From a virus: 64,000 bases of DNA. Positions within the stretch are counted from its first letter, which is position 1; each line of letters begins with the position of its first letter. Position numbers and translations under genes: made by a program. The stretch spans positions 30,376 to 94,375 of IMG/VR virus record IMGVR_UViG_3300037258_001214; one strand, written 5' to 3'. Below the pieces are notes generated by a model. It did no database searches and had not been told where the DNA came from. It saw nothing but the letters and a program-made list of their open reading frames with translations. Shown in pieces: positions 7,752 through 15,568 of the stretch.

Positions 7752-9856
7752 TGAGCGACCCCATCCCCGATGGCGTGCCGGATCCGCCGGAACTGCACCT
7801 GGTGCCGCGTGACACCTCGTTCGAGCACGCGCTGGACGAGACCGCGCCCAAGCCCGAGCCGGTCCACGACGGCGACGGGATCGAGATCCCGAAGCTCGGC
7901 GGCGAGCGGCTGCCGCTGATCCCCGAGCACCTGAGGACGTGGAAGGGGATCCGCTCGACCGCGTGGAAGTACCTGGACGCGGCCGGGTTCCACGTCTCGT
8001 TCCACGCGCTCCGCTCGCCCGGGTACCTGGCCTTCTCGGCCTGGTGGGCCGTGGTCGGCGTGGTCCGCCTCGGCAAGCGGCAACTCGCCTGGTGGTGGGT
8101 GGCCGACCATAGCCACCTGCGGACCAAGCAGGTGCTTGACGGCAACTCGCCGGAGTACCGGAAGCTCACCTCGGACGTGCGGAAGATCCGGAGCTGGCGC
8201 GGCACCGTGCTCGGCGCCGAGCTGTTCGCCATCGTGCTCGCCCTGGTGCTCATCGCCGTCCTGGCCCCGTGGTGGGCGTGGCTCATCGTCGCCGCGGTGA
8301 CGATGCCGCCGCTGGCGCACGCGGGTCGGCCTGCGCACCGGCCGATCCTGCAGTCCGCGGTGACGACCCCGCTGGTCCGCAGGATCAGCACCGACGCGAT
8401 CGTCAGAGCCTACGAGCGGGCCGGGCTGTGCAGCACCGACCCGAAGAAGCCGGCCGACCACCTCGGGTTCGGATCGACCATGAGCCGCGACGCGCTGGAC
8501 AAGGGCAGCCAGGTCGTGGTCTACCTGCCGTACGGCGGGACGTTCGAGTCCGTGGTCAACGCCAGGACCAAGATCGCGTCGGGGCTGGACGTGGCTGAGG
8601 CGCAGGTCTACTTCACCCGGGATAAGAAGTCCGAGCGGCGTCACACGCTGCTGGTGCTCGATGAGGATCCGCTGGCCGAGCCTGCGGGCCGGACGCCGCT
8701 GCTGGACTGCAAGCAGCGGTCGGTGTGGGGAAAGATGCCGTTCGGCCTCGACCAGTTCGGCCGCCGGGTCGCGTTCTGCCTGATGTGGTATTCGATGCTG
8801 ATCGGGGCGCAGCCGAGGAAGGGCAAGACGTTCTCCGGCCGGCTCATCGCCCTGTTCTGCGCGCTGGACCCGTGGGTCAAGATCACCATCATCGACGGGC
8901 GCCAGTCGCCGGACTGGCTGCCATTCCGGTACGTCGCCCACCGCTACATCCGGGGCACCTTCCCGGGCCGGGACGGCGACCCGATCGAGCAGGCCCTCGA
9001 AGCACTGCGCGAGATCCGCCGCCACATCGACGAGGTGAACGACGAGCTGGCCACGCTGCCGGTGTCGCAGTGCCCGCAGGGCAAGCTGACCGAGCACCTG
9101 CACCGCACTAACCCGAAGCTGCGGGTGTGGCTGCTGATCATGGAGGAGTTCCAGGTCTATTTCGAGCTGGGAGACCAGAAGAAGAACAAGGAGTTCGCCC
9201 AGGTGCTGGCAGAGATCCAGGCCATGGGCCCTGCGGCTGGCGCCATCCTCGTGTCGCTGTCCCAGAAGCCCTCGGGTGTCGGCGCCGGCGACGTGCAGCG
9301 CCTGTTCAACCGGTTCCGTGACAACCACCAGCTCCGTTTCGGGTTGCGGTGCGCGAACCGGGACGTGTCCAACGCGATCCTCGGCAACGAGGCTTACGGC
9401 GAGGGCTACGACTGCTCGGGGCTGCCGCTGGGCGACGAGTACCGCGGCGTCGGCATCCTGTACGGCCTGACCGACGATGCCCCCACCGTGCGGACCTACC
9501 TCGCAGATGGCGAGGATGCCGAGGCCATCTGCCTGGCCGCGCGGAAGCTGCGCGAGAAACGCCGCACGCTGTCCGGGTACGCGCTCGGCGTCAAGGTCGA
9601 CGAGCCCGAGTCGGACATCGTGGCGGACCTGCTCGAGGTGACGGGCGGCGACGCTGGCTTGTGGTGGGAGACGGCGGCCGAGCGGCTGGCCGCCCGGTTC
9701 CCGATGCGGCACGCGGACGCGACCGCCGAGTCGGTAAGCGCCGCGGCCCGGGCCCGGGGCGTGCCGAGCGGCGACGTGCGGTGGCCGCCCGGGCGGGCCG
9801 GCACCAACCGCAAGGGGTGCAAGAAGACCGATCTAGCCGCCGCGGCACGGACGTGA
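7751..9856 (+). CDS. FtsK/SpoIIIE-family DNA translocase, TraB-like
   Basis: N-terminal TM helices, Walker A GAQPRKGKT, Walker B LLIMEEFQ, SQKP, RFGLR arginine finger, C-terminal wHTH-like region. Confidence 0.9.
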   Translation: MSDPIPDGVPDPPELHLVPRDTSFEHALDETAPKPEPVHDGDGIEIPKLGGERLPLIPEHLRTWKGIRSTAWKYLDAAGFHVSFHALRSPGYLAFSAWWAVVGVVRLGKRQLAWWWVADHSHLRTKQVLDGNSPEYRKLTSDVRKIRSWRGTVLGAELFAIVLALVLIAVLAPWWAWLIVAAVTMPPLAHAGRPAHRPILQSAVTTPLVRRISTDAIVRAYERAGLCSTDPKKPADHLGFGSTMSRDALDKGSQVVVYLPYGGTFESVVNARTKIASGLDVAEAQVYFTRDKKSERRHTLLVLDEDPLAEPAGRTPLLDCKQRSVWGKMPFGLDQFGRRVAFCLMWYSMLIGAQPRKGKTFSGRLIALFCALDPWVKITIIDGRQSPDWLPFRYVAHRYIRGTFPGRDGDPIEQALEALREIRRHIDEVNDELATLPVSQCPQGKLTEHLHRTNPKLRVWLLIMEEFQVYFELGDQKKNKEFAQVLAEIQAMGPAAGAILVSLSQKPSGVGAGDVQRLFNRFRDNHQLRFGLRCANRDVSNAILGNEAYGEGYDCSGLPLGDEYRGVGILYGLTDDAPTVRTYLADGEDAEAICLAARKLREKRRTLSGYALGVKVDEPESDIVADLLEVTGGDAGLWWETAAERLAARFPMRHADATAESVSAAARARGVPSGDVRWPPGRAGTNRKGCKKTDLAAAART

Positions 9857-9978
9857 TGGCGCGGCACATGTGCCGCGTTGGCGCGGCACGCGCTGACCTG
9901 CGGGAACGTGATCGGGCGCGGCACATCGGCGTCTGTGCCGCGCCCGGTGCCGCGCCTGGCTGGTGCTGTGACCTGCGG
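9841..9978. repeat. clt-like cluster of CGCGGCAC repeats plus 2x TGACCTGCGG
   Basis: Seven copies in both orientations; 18-bp palindrome at 9860-9877. Confidence 0.75.
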
Positions 9979-10027
9979 TTCCGCGCGGCGGTCGTGCTGA
10001 GCGGCGATGAGGAGGGGTCCGGACCCC

Positions 10028-10489
10028 ATGGGGTTGAAGCTGCGGGGGGTCGTCCGCTGCGGGCGGTGCGGGAAGGCCCGGGGTCGCACCCACCTGTGCA
10101 ACCCCGGCAGCCGCCGACGCAGGCGCACGACCCTGCAGAACCCGGTCACGTGGGAGTGCTCGACCTGCCACAAGACGCGAGGCCTGGCGCACACGTGCGC
10201 GCCCCGCTCGGACTTCAAGGCCCGCAAGCGGAAAGCTGCGACGGCCGAGCGGCGCCGCAAGAAGAAGGCCGCCACCGCGCGGCGGGCCGCCAGGCGCAAG
10301 CAGGCCGCAGCCGAGCGGCGCGCCCGGGAAAAGGCCCGCAAGAAGACCGCCCCCAAGTCGCGGCCGCGACCGCGAGGCGATGGTCACGAGCCGGGGGCGT
10401 GCGGCGACCGGGACTGCCCCAGGTACGGCTGCAAGGCGTATTTCCAGGGCGTCGAGGACTGCCCGCTGCCCCACGACGGAGGAGGCTGA
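10028..10489 (+). CDS. Basic Zn-finger protein
   Basis: CGRC..H.C, CSTC..H.C, Arg/Lys-rich helix, Cys-rich C-terminus. Confidence 0.75.
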   Translation: MGLKLRGVVRCGRCGKARGRTHLCNPGSRRRRRTTLQNPVTWECSTCHKTRGLAHTCAPRSDFKARKRKAATAERRRKKKAATARRAARRKQAAAERRAREKARKKTAPKSRPRPRGDGHEPGACGDRDCPRYGCKAYFQGVEDCPLPHDGGG

Positions 10490-10490
10490 C

Positions 10491-10781
10491 GTGCACGTCC
10501 TGCACCTGATCGCCCTCGGCCTGGTCTTCATCGCCGGCCGGGGGGTCTTCCTGTACTTCAGGCCCTGGCGTCCGTGCCGGTGGTGCCGTCCGGGCGGACT
10601 TCTCGGCGGCAGCCTGCTGGCGCAGATGGCCGGGCACCGGCCGGAGCAGCGCAAGCGCGGGCGCCACTGCTGGCGGTGCAAGGGCAAGGGCAAGAAGGAA
10701 ACGCGCCGGTGGGGTGCGTGGCACGTCCACAAGGTCAAGGACTCGCTGATCCGGGCGTGGCAAGAACGGGGACTGGACTGA
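10491..10781 (+). CDS. Membrane-anchored CxxC Zn-finger protein (AICE-type)
   Basis: TM segment then PWRPCRWC...CWRCKGKG...RWGA; GGAGG RBS. Confidence 0.75.
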   Translation: MHVLHLIALGLVFIAGRGVFLYFRPWRPCRWCRPGGLLGGSLLAQMAGHRPEQRKRGRHCWRCKGKGKKETRRWGAWHVHKVKDSLIRAWQERGLD

Positions 10782-11185
10782 TGGCGCGCGGCGCCTGGAA
10801 AGGATCCGGCACCTGGGAGACCAGCGGCCCGGATCTGCGCGTCATCCTCCTGGTCGCCGTGGTCGCGGTGCTCGGCGGCTCCGGTGCCGCCGTCGCGATA
10901 GCGACGACGCTGCTCACGATCCTCATCGTCGCCGCTGTCGTCGCGGTAGCCGCCGTCGCCGTGACCCTGTGGCTGATCTGGCGCTTCTCGGGCAGCCGCG
11001 GCATGGTTACCCGCCCGGCCCCCCCGTCCGTGACCGCGACCGCGAGACCGCAGGTCACCCAGGCGACGGCCCGCGCGATCGAGAATCACGTCCACTACCA
11101 CGTCCACGTCGGCGAGCACGATGCCGCCGCCGTGCGCGCCGTGCTCCCCGGAACGGCCGGGGACGCCATCACCGAAGGGAACTGA
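10781..11185 (+). CDS. Two-TM Spd-like membrane protein
   Basis: Two TM helices and an HVHYHVH motif. Confidence 0.7.
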   Translation: MARGAWKGSGTWETSGPDLRVILLVAVVAVLGGSGAAVAIATTLLTILIVAAVVAVAAVAVTLWLIWRFSGSRGMVTRPAPPSVTATARPQVTQATARAIENHVHYHVHVGEHDAAAVRAVLPGTAGDAITEGN

Positions 11186-11187
11186 CC

Positions 11188-11814
11188 ATGGGCTGGGCAG
11201 TCGGATTCGACAGCAGATGGAACCGTGACATCGGGTACGGCGTACCTGCGACCTGCGACCGGCCGCGCTGCGGTGAGGTCATTGATCGCGGGCTGAGCTA
11301 CGTCTGCGGCGGCGAGCCGTACGGCGGGGAGCGTGGCTGCGGCCTGTACTTCTGCGAGCGGCATCTGGCCGGGTCGCGGAAGTCGGGAGACCGCTTTGTG
11401 CCGGTGTGCGGTCGCTGCGACAAGAACCGGGCGCCGTACGACCCGACGCCGGACGTCCGCGAATGGATCGAGCGGAAGCTGACCGACGAGTCGTGGGGCA
11501 CCTGGCGGGACGAGAATCCCGAGGCGGTCGCGGTCATGAAGGCGGCGGTCAGCGACCAGCAAGGAGGACTGACCGTGTACAAGCTGTACCGCGACGAGAC
11601 CGCATGCGATAGCGACGACTTCGGGCCGCCGCACGGCGAGTACCTGACCCTCGCCCTGGCGATGGTAGCTACCGGGCTGCCCGTCAGCGCCTGGCAGACG
11701 AGCAAGCACTGCCCGGATGAGATCTTCACCTGCAAGCCCGGCTCAGCCGGCGTGGACTGGCAGCTGCTCGCCCCCGGCGCTGCTGCCGAGTTCGCCGCGA
11801 TGAAGGCTGCGTGA
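11188..11814 (+). CDS. Conserved phage Cys-rich protein (possibly two fused genes)
   Basis: MGW..G.D....RDIGYGVPA.CD.P.C...IDRGLSYVCGG.PYGGE.GCGLYFC motif. Confidence 0.75.
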   Translation: MGWAVGFDSRWNRDIGYGVPATCDRPRCGEVIDRGLSYVCGGEPYGGERGCGLYFCERHLAGSRKSGDRFVPVCGRCDKNRAPYDPTPDVREWIERKLTDESWGTWRDENPEAVAVMKAAVSDQQGGLTVYKLYRDETACDSDDFGPPHGEYLTLALAMVATGLPVSAWQTSKHCPDEIFTCKPGSAGVDWQLLAPGAAAEFAAMKAA

Positions 11815-12764
11815 CCCGTCCGGCCGACTCGAAGAACGGGGCCCCGATGCTGATGCGACTCCCGCAATTCCGTCTCCGCCTGCGCCGCAGGAACCGGCCG
11901 CAGCCGGACGCGCCTCGTATCGTCCTGCGGTGGGACCGCCCGGCCATCATCGCCGCGCAGCCGGTCGCCGTCGTCGCCGCTGTTGCGGGGGCCGTCAGCT
12001 ACTCGCACATCGTGGCGCTCGGCCTGCGCGTCGGCCAGGATTCTGCGGACGCGCACCTGCTGCCGGTCTCGGTCGACGGCCTCATCATCGCGGGGTCGGT
12101 CATCATCATGTGCGGGTCGCTGCTCGGCTGGGTCGGCGTGGTCCTGGGCGTGGCCGCAACCCTGTTCGCGAACGTCGAGGCCGGCCTGCCGCACGGCGCG
12201 CTGTCGGCCGCCGTGTCGGCGTGGCCCGCGTTCGCGTTCACTTGTGCCAGCTTCATGCTCGAGCGGTGGCTGAAATCGCAGGCCGGCCGTACTGCCGGGC
12301 CGCCGCCCGAAGTGGCCGCGCTGCACGCGCAGGTGGACGAGCTGCGGGCGCAGGCAACCGCAGAAATCACCGGCCTGCGGAGCGAAACGGAGGCGGTCCG
12401 GAGCGAGCTGGAGACCGCAGAAACGGCCCGCAGCGAAGCTGAGTTGCGGACCGCGGAAGCTGAGGCGCAAACCGCAGAAACCGCCCGCAGGCTGGCCGCC
12501 GCGCTGAAGGCGATTTCGGACCGCAGGGACCCGCAGAAAAACCGCAGCCGCGAACCGAAACCAGGCACCGGAACCGGGCGCCCCGCACCCGCAATTGCGG
12601 TCGCTAAAGCACGCGAGATCCTGGCCGCAGACCCGGATATCGCCGGGGCGAAACTCGGCGAGCTCGTCGGCCGCAGCGGCCGGTGGGGTGAGGCCTTCAA
12701 GAAAGAGCACGGCACCGCAACCGCGAACGGCACCTGGGGCGAGATGGCCGGGGCGTCATCGTGA
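11811..12764 (+). CDS. DUF2637/SpdA-like membrane protein with coiled coil and C-terminal HTH
   Basis: AGAVSYSHI...LLPVSVDGLI...ATLFANV...VSAWP; coiled coil; GAKLGELVGRSGRWG. Confidence 0.8.
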   Translation: MTRPADSKNGAPMLMRLPQFRLRLRRRNRPQPDAPRIVLRWDRPAIIAAQPVAVVAAVAGAVSYSHIVALGLRVGQDSADAHLLPVSVDGLIIAGSVIIMCGSLLGWVGVVLGVAATLFANVEAGLPHGALSAAVSAWPAFAFTCASFMLERWLKSQAGRTAGPPPEVAALHAQVDELRAQATAEITGLRSETEAVRSELETAETARSEAELRTAEAEAQTAETARRLAAALKAISDRRDPQKNRSREPKPGTGTGRPAPAIAVAKAREILAADPDIAGAKLGELVGRSGRWGEAFKKEHGTATANGTWGEMAGASS

Positions 12765-13048
12765 CCGGCCCGGCCCTGGAAGGATCTCCGGATATGAGCA
12801 CATGCCAGGCGGAATCGCTGGACGGCCACGCGCACACCGGGGATGTCACCGAGTACGCGGGCATCTGCGTGCGGGGCCACGAGCGGCGCGGGCTGCTCTG
12901 CGGCGCGTGCGCCAGGCCGCTGCGCGACCGGGGGCCCGTGGCGGTGACGTGCGCCGAGTGCCCCGATGATGACCCCCGGCCGCGTGTTCTCGTGCTGGCC
13001 GAAGTCTGGGACGAGTACAGGGCGGGGCTCCCCGTCCCGGATCTGTGA
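12761..13048 (+). CDS. Zn-ribbon hypothetical protein
   Basis: C..GH.R...LCGAC...CAEC. Confidence 0.65.
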   Translation: MTGPALEGSPDMSTCQAESLDGHAHTGDVTEYAGICVRGHERRGLLCGACARPLRDRGPVAVTCAECPDDDPRPRVLVLAEVWDEYRAGLPVPDL

Positions 13049-13194
13049 TGATCGGCCGCACCTACCTTGAGCGCGGCCGGCCGGTCGTCGTGCTGGTCCG
13101 CTGGGCCGGGAAAGGCCCGCGCAACGTCCTGATCCGCCGCGAGGACGGCCAGCTGGTCGTGCGCCCGTTCCGCGGGTTGCGCCTGCCCCGGTAG
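13048..13194 (+). CDS. 48-aa AICE-associated small protein (not in ORF track)
   Basis: MIGRTYLERGRPVVVLVRWAGKGPRNVLIRREDGQLVVRPFRGLRLPR; TGATG coupling. Confidence 0.75.
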   Translation: MIGRTYLERGRPVVVLVRWAGKGPRNVLIRREDGQLVVRPFRGLRLPR

Positions 13195-13255
13195 GCTTAG
13201 CTCAGGCCGTTCGGTCACCCCTTTCCGCTGCTCAACCCTGATCGGTGAGTGCTCC

Positions 13256-13423
13256 GTGCTGTCCCCGCACAACCTCCTCGTCGCCGCGATCTTCATCCCT
13301 TACATGATCATGATGGGCACCCTGTTCGCCTACATCTGCTGGACCGGGCGCGAGCAGTCCGGGCGGGACCAGGACGACGCCGATGACGAGGCCGAGCCGC
13401 GCAGCCTGCCGCTGGCTGCGTGA
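13256..13423 (+). CDS. 55-aa single-TM protein (not in ORF track)
   Basis: LLVAAIFIPYMIMMGTLFAYICW followed by an acidic tail. Confidence 0.55.
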   Translation: MLSPHNLLVAAIFIPYMIMMGTLFAYICWTGREQSGRDQDDADDEAEPRSLPLAA

Positions 13424-13452
13424 CCGGGCGTTACGCTGTCATCAGGCACCCC

Positions 13453-13490
13453 GCCGCTACGGCCAGGGGCGCCACTTCGCCCGCAACGGG
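13453..13490 (+). promoter_or_regulatory. Late double-hairpin element, copy 1 (before lysin)
   Basis: GCC-GCTAC-GGC ... CCC-GCAAC-GGG. Confidence 0.6.
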
Positions 13491-13517
13491 ACCGCACGAC
13501 CCGCATGCGAGGCGAGG

Positions 13518-14306
13518 ATGACCGTTCCCGGCAAGCTCCAGGTCGACACAGGCACCGGCCACGTCACCGGCCCGGCGAGGATCTCGTTCAGCTCGCCGTT
13601 CCCGGTGCCGAACGGGGGCTGGGGCAGCGGCGCCATGATGGGCGTCGTCATGCACACCGAGGTGGGCGACAACCCGGGCACCGAGTCATGGTTCGAGAAC
13701 CCGGCCGCTCAGGCCTCAGCGGACTTCGCGGTCGCCCAGGACGGCTCGATCGTCCAGATGGGCCCGGTCGGCAAGGGATGGGTGGCGTGGGCCGAAGCGA
13801 ACGGCAACCGCGCGTGGTACTCGATCGAGCACGCCGATGACGGCCACCCGGCCAACCCGCTGACCGCCGCGCAGATCACCGCGAGCGCACAGCTCGTCGA
13901 GGTGCTGGCGCGGTTCGCCGGCTTCCCGCTCCAGGTCAGCGACAGCACCAGCGTGAAGGGCTACGGCTGGCACGGGATGGGCGGCCAGGCGTGGGGCGGA
14001 CACCTGAACTGCCCCGGCGACGTCCGCAAGGCCCAGCGGCCCCAGATCATCGCGCTGGCCATGGCCATCCGCCAGGGCGGGCAGCCCGCGGCGTCCGTCC
14101 GCGAGTGGACCACGGCGGGCATGTCGTCGCTGGCCCAGCTGGCACAGCAGGAGCACACCGAGCCTTCGACGATCCTGCGCCTGACCGCCCAGCACGCGCC
14201 CGTCTACCCGGGCCCGGTGGCCGCGTGGCTCAACGCCGTGTTCGCGGGCACCGCCGACCCGTCCAAGCCGATGCCAGCCGGACTGGCCCTGTACCTGCCC
14301 GCCTGA
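13518..14306 (+). CDS. Endolysin, Amidase_2 N-acetylmuramoyl-L-alanine amidase with LysM-like C-terminus
   Basis: VMHTE, ASADF, SIEH, GWH, NCPG Zn-amidase motifs. Confidence 0.9.
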   Translation: MTVPGKLQVDTGTGHVTGPARISFSSPFPVPNGGWGSGAMMGVVMHTEVGDNPGTESWFENPAAQASADFAVAQDGSIVQMGPVGKGWVAWAEANGNRAWYSIEHADDGHPANPLTAAQITASAQLVEVLARFAGFPLQVSDSTSVKGYGWHGMGGQAWGGHLNCPGDVRKAQRPQIIALAMAIRQGGQPAASVREWTTAGMSSLAQLAQQEHTEPSTILRLTAQHAPVYPGPVAAWLNAVFAGTADPSKPMPAGLALYLPA

Positions 14307-14316
14307 GGAGCCCGAG

Positions 14317-14547
14317 ATGACCTCACCTGTTGCCCCCGTCGAGACCAAGACCGCCGCCGCAGCGTCCGTGAGCACCGTCACAGGCGTGATCACGTGGATG
14401 CTGGTCAGCTACATCCCGGCCTGGCACGCGGGCATCCCCGCGCCGCTGGCGACCTTCCTGCCGTTCATCGTCGCCAGCGTCCTGGGAGCGGCTTCGGGCT
14501 GGCTGGCTCCGCACACGCCGCGCCCGGCCGTCCCGCCCGCGTCATGA
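14317..14547 (+). CDS. Holin
   Basis: Two TM helices, VETKTAAA and GWLAPHTPR motifs, adjacent to the lysin. Confidence 0.8.
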   Translation: MTSPVAPVETKTAAAASVSTVTGVITWMLVSYIPAWHAGIPAPLATFLPFIVASVLGAASGWLAPHTPRPAVPPAS

Positions 14548-14912
14548 CCCGCTGGGGTGCCTATGTCGAGCAGCGCCTTGGCGAGCTGGAGCGCGGCGAA
14601 GGCGACTATACCGAGCTGAAGCAGCCATCGGCGGCGACCGTGGCGCACGCTCGCAAGGTAGCCGCCGAGACGTTCCGCGACACCACGCCGACGCCTTCAG
14701 TGGTGCCCACGGCAGATGGCGGGATCGACTTCGCGTGGCACAAGAACGGCTACGACGTCGAGATCACCGTCACGGAGACCGAAGCGGACATCTGGGCCCG
14801 GCAGCGCGCTACCGGCGAGGAGTGGGCGAGCCCGCTTCCCGATCACGACCGGTGCTGCGTCCCTCGCGTCCTCGACGCGCTGGAGGCGACCGGGGTAGAA
14901 CGCACCGGCTGA
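14544..14912 (+). CDS. Hypothetical protein
   Basis: PSVVPTADGGIDFAW motif; ATGA overlap. Confidence 0.7.
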   Translation: MTRWGAYVEQRLGELERGEGDYTELKQPSAATVAHARKVAAETFRDTTPTPSVVPTADGGIDFAWHKNGYDVEITVTETEADIWARQRATGEEWASPLPDHDRCCVPRVLDALEATGVERTG

Positions 14913-14948
14913 CATCCGTACCATACTGACCAGCACCACCCTGTACCA

Positions 14949-14984
14949 GCGCCGCAACAGCGCCAGCGCAATCCCGGAACGGGA
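14949..14984 (+). promoter_or_regulatory. Late double-hairpin element, copy 2 (before terS)
   Basis: GCGCC-GCAAC-AGCGC ... TCCC-GGAAC-GGGA. Confidence 0.65.
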
Positions 14985-15070
14985 GATCCATTGGCACCAT
15001 CAATGGCTCCCGCACGGGGATGCCGCCGACGTCGCAGTGCGCGATTCCTCGCGTGCGCGCACGAGGGCAT

Positions 15071-15568
15071 ATGAGCGCCCCGCCTCTTACCGATGCCGAG
15101 CGCGCCAGGATCCGCGAACTCCACGCACAGGGAATGTCGGCGAGCGCGATCGGCCGGGAGATCGGCCGCAGTCAGGGTGCCGTCTCCAAGAACGCCGCAG
15201 CCATGGGACTGTCGTTCGACCGCGCCCAGACCAAGGCGGCCACCGGGGCGAACGTGGCCGACAGCGCGGCGCGGCGGGCTGAGACGTCGCGGCGGTTCCT
15301 GGAGAAGGCCAACGACCTGCTCGACCAGATGGACGGCCCGTTCGTGGCCTACAACTTCGGCGGCAAGGAGAACAGCTACAACGAGCACGAGTTCGAGAAG
15401 CCGCCCGTTGACGCGCTGCGGACGCTGGTGCAGGCCGCGGCGACCGCGTTCGACAGGCATATGGCCCAGGACCGGCACGACGCGGCCGGCGAGGAGGGCG
15501 GCTCGGCTGTCGACCAGTGGCTGCGGATGATGATGGGCGGCAACTCCCCGGCCGGCGGGACCCCCTGA
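15071..15568 (+). CDS. Terminase small subunit (N-terminal HTH)
   Basis: HTH GMSASAIGREIGRSQGAVSK; coupled to terL. Confidence 0.8.
   Translation: MSAPPLTDAERARIRELHAQGMSASAIGREIGRSQGAVSKNAAAMGLSFDRAQTKAATGANVADSAARRAETSRRFLEKANDLLDQMDGPFVAYNFGGKENSYNEHEFEKPPVDALRTLVQAAATAFDRHMAQDRHDAAGEEGGSAVDQWLRMMMGGNSPAGGTP

Larger units (their letters stand above)
6035..13194. mobile_element. AICE/Streptomyces-plasmid-like transfer and spread module
   Basis: Divergent GntR, TraB-like FtsK, downstream octamer repeats, small membrane and Zn-finger ORFs, DUF2637-like protein. Confidence 0.75.

Noticed and set aside
6716-9712. 998-aa minus-strand ORF and similar long antisense ORFs (15376-16917, 18982-20418, 41538-43436, 42382-44037, 61063-62766)
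   Set aside because: Shadow frames of real high-GC genes, with no motifs and biased composition
9841-9978. Possible CRISPR or mini-array
   Set aside because: Repeats are 8-10 bp in mixed orientation, with no regular spacers and no cas genes
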